Positions 22,522 through 45,918 of a DNA stretch of 64,000 nt are shown here, piece after piece. Below the pieces are notes generated by a model that had not been told where the DNA came from, searched no databases, and was given only the letters and a program-made list of their open reading frames with translations. Position 1 is the stretch's first letter. Each line of letters begins with the position of its first letter. The translations under genes and the position numbers were made by a program. The stretch lies in contig NIVC01000109.1 of assembly GCA_002269645.1 (NCBI GenBank), positions 124,001 to 188,000 of the forward strand, written 5' to 3'. The DNA is from Macrostomum lignano (taxonomy: Eukaryota).

Positions 22522-25500
22522 TCAATGAGAGTTCTCTGCCTGTTCAAAAATGGAATCCAGACTGACAGAGTCCATTGTGGCTTCCAGCATCGCCTCGACA
22601 TCGAACTGCTGGCGCAGGCGCTGCTGCAGCTCCGACATCAGCTGCTGCTGGACTGGCAGACGGGCCTCTTCCGGTAGCTGAGGAAGAGGCGGCAGCCGAG
22701 GTTTTGGCTGATTCAAGTTGGTGCGCGAGCTGGGGCGCGGGTTGGCTTGCGGGGGAGCGGCAGTCCTGGTGGAATCGTCGTAGGATGGCGGCAGGTGCAG
22801 CAGGTGGGAAAACACCTGCTCGGGATCCACATACCAGATGGTGGCCGGCTGCTTCTCGGGCTTCGGCAGGGCGGAGGCCAGCTCGCGGGTGGAAAGCAGC
22901 TCAGCTGGCAGCAGGCCGCTTGCAGAGCCGGTGTCCACCAGAGAGTGGCTCGTTCTGGACGGGTAGGAGGCCATCAGGACGGCCACGAGATCTCCCTGGT
23001 CGGGCAAGGAGACATGACTGTAATCTCTCATTTTATGGTGCCGTAACTTTTCCATGGGCCTTTGATTGTCATTTGAGAGGTCACTACCCTCTTCATGGGT
23101 CTTTGATTGTCATTTGAGAGGCCGCTACCCTCTCCATGGGTCTTTGATTGTCATTTGAGAGGTCACTACCCTCTCCATGGGTCTTTGATTGTCATTTGAG
23201 AGGCCGCTACCCTCTCCATGGGTCTTTGATTGTCATTTGAGAGGTCGCTACCCTCTCCATGGGTCTTTGATTGTCATTTAAGAGGCCGCTACACTCTCCA
23301 TGGGTCTTCGATAGTCGTTTGAGAGGTCGCTATCCTCTCCATGGGTCTTTCACTTGAGACATCGTCACCATCAGCCAGCCTGTCTCACTCACCTGGCACG
23401 CGTCCACCTCTCGTTTAGCCGAGCAGCCGAGATGCTCGCGGACCACCCGCCGCAGCTGGGACATCTTGTACTTGCCGACCAGCCGCTGCCGCAGCTCATC
23501 ACTCTGCCGGATCGTCGAAGCCGGCCGGAATCCCGGAGTGGCGGGCGATGCCGAATCTGCCTCATCCTCGTCGCCACCGCCGCCGTCAGCTGCGGACTCT
23601 TCGTCGACTTCCTGCAGTAGGGAGGCCTCGGCAAGAGTCGGGAGAGCTGCCAAGCGCTGCAGCCAGGCGTCCAGCTCCTGCTCTATTGGGGGCGTCAGCT
23701 CGCAGATATCGCTTGGGAAAGCTTCTTTTAGAAGCAGACGAGCATGAGTACTGGCCGACTGCAACAAGCGCAGGAAGCAGACAACAGACCTGACCAGCAG
23801 CTGGATTGACAAGCTGATCAAATCTGGCAGCTCCTCTTTGAGTCGGCCGCTCAGGGCGGCGAAATCTTGCCTAGCCGCGTCCTCGGCCATGGGGTCGGGC
23901 TGGGAGCGGCGCAGGACGCGCTCGTAGTCGAGGCGTTTGCGCTCGCACGCGTCGATCAGGCGCTGCGGGCCTGCGCCGGGCGGGGGTTGGAAAGAATTTC
24001 TGTGAATGCTTGATGAACTTCGCAAATAACTGGCGTTAGGAAGCGGGCCTGCACTGAAGGCAGCCCGCTCGTGTTTGCCTTGCTTAGGGGGCTGGTGCAC
24101 CCATCTCTCTGCGCTAAGTATGAGGAGCTTACTGCTGTCTTGGAACCATGTGTTCACTGGTGGGTCTATCTTAGTATTTCTTTGTGTCTGTCTCAGTGCC
24201 TGTCTCAGTGTCTGTCTCAGTGTCTGTTTCAGTGCCTGTCTCAGTGTCTGTCCTTAGTGTCTGTCCTTAGTGTCTGTCTCAGTGTCTGTCTCAGTGCCTG
24301 TCTCAGTGTCTGTCTCAGTGTCTGTCTCAGTGTCTGTCTTAGTGTCTGTTTCAGTGCCTGTCTCAGTGTCTGTCCTTAGTGTCTGTCCTTAGTGTCTGTC
24401 TCAGTGTCTGTCTCAGTATCTGTCTCAGTGTCTGTCTCAGTGTCTGTCTCAGTGTCTGTCTTAGTGTCTGTTTCAGTGCCTGTCTCAGTGTCTGTCCTTA
24501 GTGTCTGTCTCAGTGTCTGTCTCAGTATCTGTCTCAGTGTCTGTCTCAGTGTCTGTCTCAGTGTCTGTCTTAGTGTCTGTTTCAGTGCCTGTCTCAGTGT
24601 CTGTCTCAGTGCCTGTCTCAGTGCCTGTCTCAGTGTCTGTCTCAGTGTCTGTCTCAGTGCATGTCTCAGTGTCTGTCTCAATGTCTGTCTCAATGTCTGT
24701 CTCAGTGTCTGTCTCAGTGTCTGTCTCAATGTCTGTCTCAGTGCCTGTCTCAGTGTCTGTCTCAGTGTCTGTCTCAATGTCTGTCTCAGTGTCTGTCTCA
24801 GTGTCTGTCTCAATGTCTGTCTCAGTGCCTGTCTCAGTGCCTGTCTCAGTGCCTGTCTCAGTGCCTGTCTCAGTGTCTGTCTCAGTGTGTCTCAGTGTCT
24901 GTCTCAGTGTCTGTCTCAGTGTCTGTCTCAGTGCCTGTCTCAGTGTCTGTCTCAGTGCCTGTCTCAGTGTCTGTCCTTAGTGTCTGTCTCAGTGTCTGTC
25001 TCAGTGTCTGTCTCAGTTTCTGTCCTTAGTGTCTGTCTCAGTGTCTGTCTCAGTTTCTGTCTCAGTGCCTGTCTCAGTGTCTGTCTCAGTGCCTGTCTCA
25101 GTGCCTGTCTCAGTGCCTGTCTCAGTGTCTGTCTCAGTGTCTGTCTCAGTTTCTGTCTCAGTGCCTGTCTCAGTGTCTGTCTCAGTGCCTGTCTCAGTGT
25201 CTGTCTCAGTTTCTGTCCTTAGTGTCTGTCTCAGTGTCTGTCTCAGTGTCTGTCTCAGTTTCTGTCTCAGTGTCTGTCTCAGTGTCTGTCTCAGTGCCTG
25301 TCTCAGTGTCTGTCTCAGTGTCTGTCTCAGTGCCTGTCTTAGTGTCTGTCCTTAGTGTCTGTCCTTAGTGTCTGTCTCAGTGTCTGTCTCAGTGTCTGTC
25401 TCAGTGCCTGTCTCAGTGTCTGTCTCAGTGTCTGTCTCAGTGCCTGTCTCAGTGCCTGTCTCAGTGTCTGTCACAGCATTCGTTCTTTCCCTGAATATTT

Positions 25501-28500
25501 CAGCCCCAGACACAGCTAAGGAATTTTATAAGTTTCCAAATTGTGTTTTTTAGTTTCTAAATTTACAAAGCACATTGCAAAACTCTGCCACGCGGAATTG
25601 ATGAACTTCGCTTATAAAGTTGCAAGAGAAAAAAGGCAGATTCCAATTCATAATTTACCTTGCTTAACTAACTGGATTCAGTATTATAAAGTACTGACTA
25701 ACTTCGCTTTTCAGAATTTCTATTCCGTGCGCAAATGGAATTCATTAGTTAAAACTGTTGCATTGAGAGAGGGTTGATGCACTTGCAAGGGGCCAAGGTA
25801 AACAATCTCGTACCTGGCAACCTTGCTAAGCTTTCAAGACTTTAATTTCATAGGCTTGAATTTCTAGTTTTCTAGTTTCTAACTACGCGTAAATTTAGTG
25901 AATGAATTTAGTTTTTTTAAATATAGGTGAATAGCTTTAACAACTATCAGAGCCTTAGACGGGAAATCTTCAGGTAGTTCAGGCCATCTACTAAATCCTC
26001 AGGTAGTTCAGGGCATCTACTAAATCCTCAGGTAGTTCAGGAGATCTACTAAATCCTCAGGTAGTTCAGGGCATCTACTAAATCCCCAGGTAGTTCAGGG
26101 CATCTACTAAATCCCCAGGTAGTTCAGGGCATCTACTAAATCCTCAGGTAGTTCAGGGCATCTACTAAATCCTCAGGTAGTTCAGGACATCTACTAAATC
26201 CCCAAGTAGTTCAGGGCATCTACTAAATTCTCAGGTAGTTTAGGAGATCTACTCAATCCTCAGGTAGTTCAGGGCATCTACTAAATCCCCAGGTAGTTCA
26301 GGGCATCTACTAAATCCTCAGGTAGTTTAGGAGATCTACTAAATCCTCAGGTAGTTCAGACATATACTAAATCCTCAGGTAGTTCAGGGCATCTACTAAA
26401 TCCTCAGGTAGTTTAGGAGATCTACTCAATCCTCAGGTAGTTCAGGAGATCTACTCAATCCTCAGGTAGTTCAGGAGATCTACTCAATCCTCAGGTAGTT
26501 CAGGAGATCTACTCAATCCTCAGGTAGTTCAGGAGATCTACTAAATCCTCAGGTAGTTTAGGAGATGTACTCAATCCTCAGGAGTTCAAAGCCTTTTCAA
26601 GGATCCGCCAGCACAAGGATCTTTCAGTCCATGCATTCAAAGGTCCTTGCACATGGTCTCAGCTCCCCCAGCCACTCCCAGCTCACCAGAGAAGCAGTCC
26701 TGCAGACTCCGCAGCGGCTCGAACACCAGCTTCTCAGCGTCTGAAGTGAATCGGCCCCATCGACCGTCGGCACCTTCGTCCAAGAGAGCGGCCTCCGGCC
26801 ACGGAGCTTCAGCGGCCACGGCCGGGGAGAAGTTGGCCAACTGGCGGTGCAGGGCGGCCAGAGACTGAACGCAGCGCTGGGTCTTGCGGCCAAGTCGGCC
26901 GCACTGCTGAAGCACCGTGTCGACCAGCTGGCGGCAGGCGATGAACCGGCCAACCTGATGACGCAGCTTTGGATCCGCAGTGGCCGAAACATGGCCGGAC
27001 AGGCGCTCCTGAACGAAGGTGCCCCAGCGGCCGCCTTTCTTGTCCAGAGTGTGGACGAGGCTGTCCCAGCGGGCTCGCTGCGGCTGCTGCTGCTGCCAGT
27101 CGGCCGGGGTCAGGTAGCTGCAACCGCGGGTGAGGCATGATTCTCATGTGTGACTGAGGCATGATTCTCATGTGTGACTGAGGCATGATTCTCATGTGTG
27201 ACTAAGACATGATTCTCATGTGTGACTGAGGCATGATTCTCATCTGTGACTGAGGCATGATTGTCATCTATGACTGAGGCATGATTCTCATGTGTGACTG
27301 AGGCATGATTCTCATGTGTGACTAAGACATGATTCTCATGTGTGACTGAGGCATGATTCTCATGTGTGACTAAGACATGATTCTCATGTGTGACTGAGGC
27401 ATGATTCTCATGTGTGACTGAGGCATGATTCTCATGTGTGACTAAGACATGATTCTCATGTGTGACTGAGGCATGATTCTCATGTGTGACTGAGGCATGA
27501 TTCTCATGTGTGACTGAGGCATGATTCTCATGTGTGACTGAGGCATGATTCTCATGTGTGACTAAGACATGATTCTCATGTGTGACTGAGGCATGATTCT
27601 CATGTGTGACTGAGGCATGATTCTCATGTGTGACTGAGGCATGATTCTCATGTGTGACTGAGGCATGATTCTCATGTGTGACTGAGGCATGATTCTCATG
27701 TGTGACTAAGACATGATTCTCATGTGTGACTGAGGCATGATTCTCATGTGTGACTGAGGCATGATTCTCATGTGTGACTGAGGCATGATTCTCATGTGTG
27801 ACTGAGGCATGATTCTCATGTGTGACTGAGGCATGATTCTCATGTGTGACTGAGGCATGATTCATCTGTGACTGAGGCATGATTGTCATCTATGACTGAG
27901 GCATGATTCATCTGTGACTGAGGCATGATTGTCATCTATGACTGAGGCATGATTCATCTGTGACTGAGGCATGATTCTCATGTGTGACTGAGGCATGATT
28001 CTCATGTGTGACTGAGGCATGATTCTCATCTATGACTGAGGCATGATTCTCATGTGTGACTGAGGCATGATTCTCATGTGTGACTGAGGCATGATTCTCA
28101 TGTGTGACTAAGACATGATTCTCATGTGTGACTGGGGCATGATTCTCATCAGTGACTGAGGCATGATTCTCATGTGTGATTGAGACATGATTCCTATATG
28201 TGACTGAGACATAATTCTCATGTGTGACTGAGGCATGATTCTCATGTGTGACTAAGACATGATTTTCATGTGTGACTGAGGCATGATTCTCATGTGTGAC
28301 TGAGGCATGATTCTCATGTGTGACTAAGACATGATTTTCATGTGTGAATGAGGCATGATTCTCATTAGTGACTGAGGCATGATTCTCATGTGTGACTAAG
28401 ACATGATTTTCATGTGTGACTGAGGCATGATTCTCATCAGTGACTGAGGCATGATTCTCATGTGTGACTAAGACATGATTTTCATGTGTGAATGAGGCAT

Positions 28501-30620
28501 GATTCTCATTAGTGACTGAGGCATGATTCTCATGTGTGACTAAGACATGATTTTCATGTGTGACTGAGGCATGATTCTCATCAGTGACTGAGTCATGATT
28601 CCCACCAGAGGCATATTCAGAACCAACCGACTCAGCAATTCGTGCACTCGAACTTCCTCATTGACCCTTCTAAGCGTGTTGGTGATGATCTCGCTAGCCT
28701 GACTGACAGATTGAGGATAAGGGCAGCCCTGTTTGAGCAGCTCCCTGAGCAGCAGGGGGTAGCGAGTGATCCGTTGCAGCGGTTTGATGAGGAATGAGTC
28801 CAATTGAAACCCAGAGTCGGGCGCCAGGGAGTTCATCCGTTCGGCGATCTTGTCAGCCAGCGGCGAGCTTTGCGATTGCAGCGACTCCGCCCTCTTGATC
28901 GCGGACTTCACGCCGCGGCAGAACGGCACGTAGGCGGTGGCGATTCTGTCACCGTGTTTGATGAACACCTGGCCAATGTCCCTGCTGCCTGATGAGTCGG
29001 TGTTGTCATTGGCAACCGCTTCTAAGTCGGCGAGCAGAGAGCGGGACGCTTCGCATACTTCGTTCAGGTTTAGCAGCACCTTTGCAGGGATTGTTGAAGG
29101 TATTTTTGATTCTCATGATTCTCTCGATTCCAATGGCTAGTCTAGGGGCGATTCTCATGGCTAGTCTAGGGGCGATTCTCATGGCTAGTCTAGGGGCGAT
29201 TCTCATGGCTAGTCTAGGGGCGATTCAAATGGATAGTCTAGGGGCGATTCTCATGAATAGTCTAGGGGCGATTCTCATGAATAGTCTAGGGGTGATTCTA
29301 ATGAATAGTCTAGGGGCGATTCTCATAGATAGTCTAGGGGCGATTCTCATGAATAGTCTAGGGGCGATTCTAATGAATAGTCTAGGGGCGATTCTAATGA
29401 ATAGTCTAGGGGCGATTCAAATGAATAGTCTAGGGGCGATTCAAATGGATAGTCTAGGGGCGATTCTCATGAATAGTCTAGGGGCGATTCTCATGAATAG
29501 TCTAGGGGCGATTCTAATGGATAGTCTGTGGGCGATTTTAATGGATAGTCTAGAGGCGATTCTAATGGATAGTCTGTGGGCGATTCTAATGGATAGTCTG
29601 TGGGCGATTTTAATGGATAGTCTAGAGGCGATTCTAATGGATAGTCTGTGGGCGATTCTAATGGATAGTCTAGAGGCGATTCTAATGGATATTCTGTGGG
29701 CGATTCTAATGAATAGTCTGTGGGCGATTCTAATGGATAGTCTGTGGGCGATTCAAATGGATAGTCTGTGGGCGATTCTAATGGATAGTCTGTGGGCGAT
29801 TCAAATGGATAGGCTAGGGGCGATTCTCATGGAGAGGCTAGGGGCGATTCTCATGGAGAGGCTAGGGGCGATTCTCTTGAATAGTCAAGGGCGATTCTCA
29901 TGGATAGGCTAGGGGCGATTCTCATGGAGAGGCTAGGGGCGATTCTCATGGAGAGGCTAGGGGCGATTCTCTTGAATAGTCAAGGGCGATTCTCATGGAT
30001 AGGCTAGGGGCGATTCTCATGGAGAGGCTAGGGGCGATTCTCTTGAATAGTCAAGGGCGATTCTCATGGATAGGCTAGGGGCGATTCTCATGGAGAGGCT
30101 AAGGGCGATTCTCTTGAATAGTCTAGGGGCCATTTTTAGATATTTTTTTGGTCAACTTTTAGATGATATAGGGGAGACCGATAGAACATTGAGGAAAAAT
30201 CACCCCATGCTATTAATGACGCGATTGTCATTTTTGTCTGAGTCGTGAAATCCTAAGATGCATCACCTCTGCTAAAGCGATTTCAATGACAATTTTCAGC
30301 AGATGTTCACCAACCTTTTCTGTGGGAAACTCCTTGCCCAGTGGCTGCATCAGGAAGGCGTCTACAAGTTTGGACATATCGGCAAGATAGCTTCGTTCGG
30401 TCTCAAGGATCTCCTTCTCCACGTAGCGCCATCGCTTTGGTGATGACGGCAGGGACGGTTCGTCGAAGACTGCCAACTCTGGTGTGGCATCAGCACTTTC
30501 AGCAGCATCCTCACTGCCAGCATCAACAGTGTTTTGGCTAACAACTACGTATGGATGTCGCAGCAATGGTACATCGTCACCTTGTTGGTCAGTGCTGCCG
30601 GCATCATTGCTTGATGCCAT
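22522..30620 (-). CDS. DNMBP: Dynamin-binding protein (Tuba)/ARHGEF37-38-like RhoGEF: DH + BAR + one SH3
   Basis: Exons 30315-30620, 28628-29079, 26687-27117, 23393-23970 and 22522-22995, all phase-consistent. DH: EILETERSYL and FLIKPLQRITRYPLLLRELLK. BAR: FSGPQRLIDACERKRLDYE and LKEELPDL. SH3: GDLVAVL..LVDTG..GLLPAELL. Confidence 0.88.
23058..23346. repeat. 39-bp minisatellite in DNMBP-like intron 4
   Basis: Unit CTCTCCATGGGTCTTTGATTGTCATTTGAGAGGCCGCTAC-like, ~7 units. Confidence 0.93.
24186..25471. repeat. 12-bp minisatellite (CTCAGTGTCTGT)n in DNMBP-like intron 3
   Basis: About 105 units with variants. Confidence 0.96.
25969..26583. repeat. 29-bp minisatellite (CAGGTAGTTCAGGGCATCTACTAAATCCT)n in DNMBP-like intron 3
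   Basis: About 21 units. Confidence 0.95.
27133..28600. repeat. 24-bp minisatellite (GCATGATTCTCATGTGTGACTGAG)n filling DNMBP-like intron 2
   Basis: About 60 units. Confidence 0.97.
29112..30130. repeat. 24-bp minisatellite (TAGTCTAGGGGCGATTCTCATGAA)n filling DNMBP-like intron 1
   Basis: About 42 units showing a gradient of variants. Confidence 0.96.
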
Positions 30621-33158
30621 TTTAAATTCAGCACTGATGAGGGAGTGGAAGCATGAAAGTTAATAGGCCAGACTAAAAATATGGTACCATCGCTGGTTAT
30701 TAATTTTTTTAAATAAAACATAATTTTGATTCCATAAAAAATTTCTTTACATTTTAATACTTATAAATTGATTAAATTATCAATGTAAATAATCAAACCA
30801 TGCATTGGAAGTATTTTGCATGTATTTTTTGTATCCACAGTTAATACAATGCATAGAAGTTTGAAAATTAAAAAATATATGTTTGAACTATCATTTATAA
30901 ATCATAGGGTGGTTTTTTTGCAACATAGACCATTTCATTTAAACAAACAATGTCATTTACAGCCTTATAGCTCAAGGGATAAAAATCATTAAATAGTAAT
31001 TAAAAATTCCTATCCAATAGTTTCATTTGTCTTATAGCATGACCGGCCATAATGGCTGAAAGGGTTGTGGTAAGAGTACAGATGCAAGAAAATACATTAA
31101 AATAATATAACGAAGTAAACTAGAATTATGAAATAATAACGAAGTAAACTAGAACTATGCCTGAGTCCTGACTTTGTACTATATAGTATGATGGCACAAA
31201 AAGTCAAATGAAAAACGTTTTATAAGTTTGGAAAGTTACTCATAAAACCGTTTTTTAAATTTTACATTGCATTGTATAGGCCTATCAATACATACAATGA
31301 ATGAAACTCTGGTACAGGGAGCATGCACCTGCTGCTGTTGAAAATACAGTAAAAAAGGAGAAACAGAGCATAAAAAAGAAAAAAATGAGAAAGATATATA
31401 TTTTTTTCAAATATTTTCAACATTCACATAGTAGTTTGTGCAGGACGTGAGATTTGTGACGCGGGTCTCTTTCTTTAGGCCCTAAAAATAATGCTTACTA
31501 CTTTTAACACAGAAGTAACTTAAAACATTGAAGTGGAAATTGAAAATGAGTAGTAAAACTTTTGATAAAATCTAGTTTTTTTAAAGGAGCTGTAAATATA
31601 CAATTGTTTTAAATTTACTTAAATTAATCAATCAGGATCTCACATAAGCTTGCGAATCTGTGTGTTTAAAAAGTAAATTCTGTTAAAATTGACGCTGTAA
31701 ATGTTTAACGCGGAAGTTTGAATTTTCTTTCTAAAGCCCGTTGTAAACAGTTTAGTTTAAATCTAGCGTACATTTACATAGGCAGTTATAATTTGACGTA
31801 AAAGTACCTCAGATCTTTCAATTTATTGATGGCAACATTAGCTTATTTTAGAATTCAGCGAATGCTAGAGTATTATTGTAAATAAATTAGTAACTTACCG
31901 GAACATTTAAGTTCCGGTAAGTCATATATAAGGAATATATTTTATCAATAATTTCAAAACCGAGGCTGGGCTCCACTTTTAATTTACCGTGACATCGGGG
32001 CGCAACACTGGAATTTTTCCAAAGACCACTGTATATAGCTATGTACAGCTAGTGGTCCTTGAATTTTTCTTGGTACATCCAGGGTTGGGGGCCAAAGCTA
32101 ATATATTTATGGGGTATTACGTCGAGCGTATTAATAAAAGTATAGCAATCGAAAATTAATTTTTCGCTCTTATTTACGACACCGTGTGAGATTGACGATT
32201 TGTTTTTCCCAATCCTTTAGTTTGCATTAATTTTTTGATTTTCCAATGGGGAAGTTAAGTAATAGTGTTTCGGCAAAAGTCGAAAAATTTATACTATTGA
32301 ATTATGTGGCTTCGATAGAGGGTTGTTGATGCAACTCTGCTGCTAACTATATGACTAATATAAAAAGTAGAAAATTTATTACACGTACGGCAGAATTCTG
32401 CCCACCCAAATCCAAAGTCGCATTCAGTCAATTATTTCAACCACAACTGAGCCAATTTTCATTACGGAAAGGTTTCTTTCTACAAGGCATCAGATTGGGT
32501 TTAGTGAGCTCTGCTCTCAATTTCTGAGTTTGTCCAATGTTGGCTGAGCTTCTCCGGGAGTAAAGAAGGAACGATGAGAATACATGTACTCGTATATGTT
32601 GTACGAGCGTATTTGCACAGCTGCTTTCGGTAATTATCTTAAATCGAATTCGGCTGTCTGCGGCAAACAAAATGGTGAATTTTATACTTTAGCTCTCAAC
32701 CCAGTAGTGAAACCTGATCAACTCCGACACTCAATAATTTGAAAGCAGCCAGTGTTAAACCAAATATAAATACTCTTCAGGGTTCAGAAACTTCTAGTTG
32801 TATTTGATAATGCGCAGTGTATACTACTTGTAGCATATATTGTATCAGACTTTTGTTAGTTCTCAGTAGCGCGGGGGAAATATTAATTACCATATATTGC
32901 AAAGCAAAGCAATCTTTTTTGACGGAAGACAGTACGGATCTGAGCGCGCATACACTATCCATCATGCAGCTAGCAGGAGAGAGAAAATGACATGTTGCGA
33001 GATCATACATGCATGCTTCATGTAATGGATCTACTAGTGGCTTTTATTGACGCATTTTTTGAAGTTGTGACGCTGTTATTATAAGACTTAGACACTGTTT
33101 TAAAGTATAACAAATTAAACTCAAGCGTTCCACGCATCGACTCTCACAACGGCTTTCT

Positions 33159-43370
<10,212 letters not shown>

Positions 43371-44216
43371 TGGCTTTGCCCGACCGATAAAGACTCACTA
43401 AATACTCTCGGCTGCCGAATGCTGCAGTTTGAGCTGCTTCCGATCTAGTCTCTCTGGGTTGCTGGCCTTCCCAGCTGCTACTACTGTAAAGCCCAACCTG
43501 CCCCTAAAGCTTTGCACAGCAACCAATGGGAGGAGGCCAAGCGCTTCGCTGCACATTCAGTCCCCTCCTGCCCAGTCAAGCTGGGAAAAAAAGGTTTCGA
43601 CAAATTGCTCAAAACCAAACCAAGCCATTGAGACATCGCTTGCCCCAGGCTGACAAACTTCTTAAAGGAAAGGGAGCTTGCTGTTTTAACTGAACCAATG
43701 CTAAAGGGATTTTATCCCACTAAAGTTTGTCGCTGCAGCGGTGCCTGTCGTCATGTTCTAAGTGAAAGTTTGGATGATGCAAATTGTGGACTTTGTTGCT
43801 AAGCAACCACGAAAAATCTTCGAGGACATCGTCCCGCAATCAGCGTTGAGACATATCGGCAAAAAGCATCTTCAGAATCCAATTGAAATACAATTAGTCT
43901 ACTTTGCTCGCAATGACAACTCATAAAGTAACAGAAACTGCGTTAGCTTGTCTGTCGAAAAAAAGTTCTCTGATTTTTCCGACGCCCCAGTGGCAAAAGC
44001 AGAGAAGCAGGCAGCAGCGCTCAGAGATGAATCCGGCTGCAAATTCCGGAAATGAGCTGGCGGATTCAGGTAGAGGCCGTGCTGTCTGTCCCTGCTCTTA
44101 TAGAGTGGCGCGGAGAGCCCAGCAACCAGGAAGTGCTTGGCAGACAATGCAAGCTTTTCCTAGAAACACTGCGGGCAGTTGCCGGGGGGTAGAGAGTGGA
44201 ACTCCTGCATTTGCAT

Positions 44217-44491
<275 letters not shown>

Positions 44492-44649
44492 AGCTTAAAA
44501 TGGTTGTATTGTCAAGGTCAAAAGCTGCAAAAGCAATTCAGTCTACTCTCAGTAGGTAGCAAAGTGTTTTTAGACCTAACTATCTGGTGTTTATTAAAGA
44601 CTTTCTGAAGGAACGGTTGAATGTAGAGAGAATATAGAGTAAAGATAGA

Positions 44650-45142
44650 GGAGAGAGGCAGGAGACAGGAGATAGGCAGGGAGGAGAGGGTACGAGAGGA
44701 GAGGCAGGGAGGAGAGGCAGGAGAGGAGAGGCAGGAGAGGAGAGGCCGGAGAGGAGAGGCCGGAGAGGAGAGGCAGGAGAGGAGAGGCCGGAGAGGAGAG
44801 GCAGGAGAGGAGAGGCCGGAGAGGAGAGGCAGGAGAGGAGAGGCCGGAGAGGAGAGGCAGGAGAGGAGAGGCCGGAGAGGAGAGGCAGGAGAGGAGAGGC
44901 AGGAGAGGAGAGGCCGGAGAGGAGAGGCAGGAGAGGAGAGGCAGGAGAGGAGAGGCAGGAGAGGAGAGGCAGGAGAGGAGAGGCCGGAGAGGAGAAGCAG
45001 GAGAAGAGAGGCAGGAGAGGAGAGGCAGGAGAGGAGAGGCAGGAGAGGAGAGGCAGGAGAGGCAGGAGAGGAGAGGCAGGAGAGGAGAGGCAGGAGAGGA
45101 GAGGCAGGAGAGGAGAGGCCGGAGAGGAGAGGCAGGAGAGAG
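44650..45142. repeat. 14-bp purine-rich minisatellite (GGAGAGGAGAGGCA/CC)n
   Basis: About 33 units. Confidence 0.95.
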
Positions 45143-45918
45143 GACAGAGGGGCCGATGACGCATTGAAGCCAGATGCAGCTCGGCCCAGAAGAATGGAAT
45201 TTGTCTTCAAGCTCAGCTGGTGGGTGTCTCAGTTCAAGAAATTCCCCCATTCTGTTTGATTTTCGTGAACTCTGTTGCCGAGTTTCTTTGTATTTCGTGT
45301 AGATTAATATTCTGCATCAGCGCTGCTGCCTCCGTGCTGCCCCGCGGCCAATGTTCTTTTTTGTATTTCGGCACATCCGCCACCCCCCCCCCGTCTCCTG
45401 CTGATATCCGCTTCTTCATCTTTCTGTCTGAGCGGCGTCTCCATCTTTCATTTATTCCATATTTGCGGGAGCTTTGCATAGGAAATTGTGTTGCACAGGG
45501 AGCCAGTCTCTTCCCAGTATCCCAGCCTCCCACACGGGCTCACGGGTTCCCCTGCCCTGGCCTTCCACCCCGGCAGCTTCTAATTCTCCCCACACTTTCC
45601 TTCTACTGTAGCCCGCAGCGTCGGGCTCCGAGGCCACACTCGAGCCTGGAGGATTAGCGGAAGGGGACTGCTCTGGTCTGAGGGCCCGATCTGGTTTGAG
45701 ATGCTAAAGGAGAGAAAGACGAGCAGGGGAGGGAGGGGATGCGGAGAGAGTGCATTTTCCGCTTATGCGACTCTCGGGGACAGGCAGCGTCCCTGCTCCG
45801 CTCTGCCCTCTGCCCGCCTGCCAGCCTTTCTCAGCTTCCCTTTTCGCCATAGGGGCAGCAGCTCGAAGGAGCGGGGCAGGGGAGGCGTAGGCAGCTCTGC
45901 GAATGAGCGGCTGCATGG

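Noticed and set aside
24376-29912. Long repetitive ORFs (RQTL, SVSV, HENHASVT, SLGAILM)
   Set aside because: Translations of 12- and 24-bp intronic arrays in the DNMBP-like gene. The same applies to the ORFs at 7001-7501, 34660-35835, 41626-42262, 42793-45250, 52696-54925 and 54982-57040.
30633-30660. CTGATGAG...GAAA hammerhead-like core
   Set aside because: No stem II pairing (no C before GAAA) and no stems I or III.
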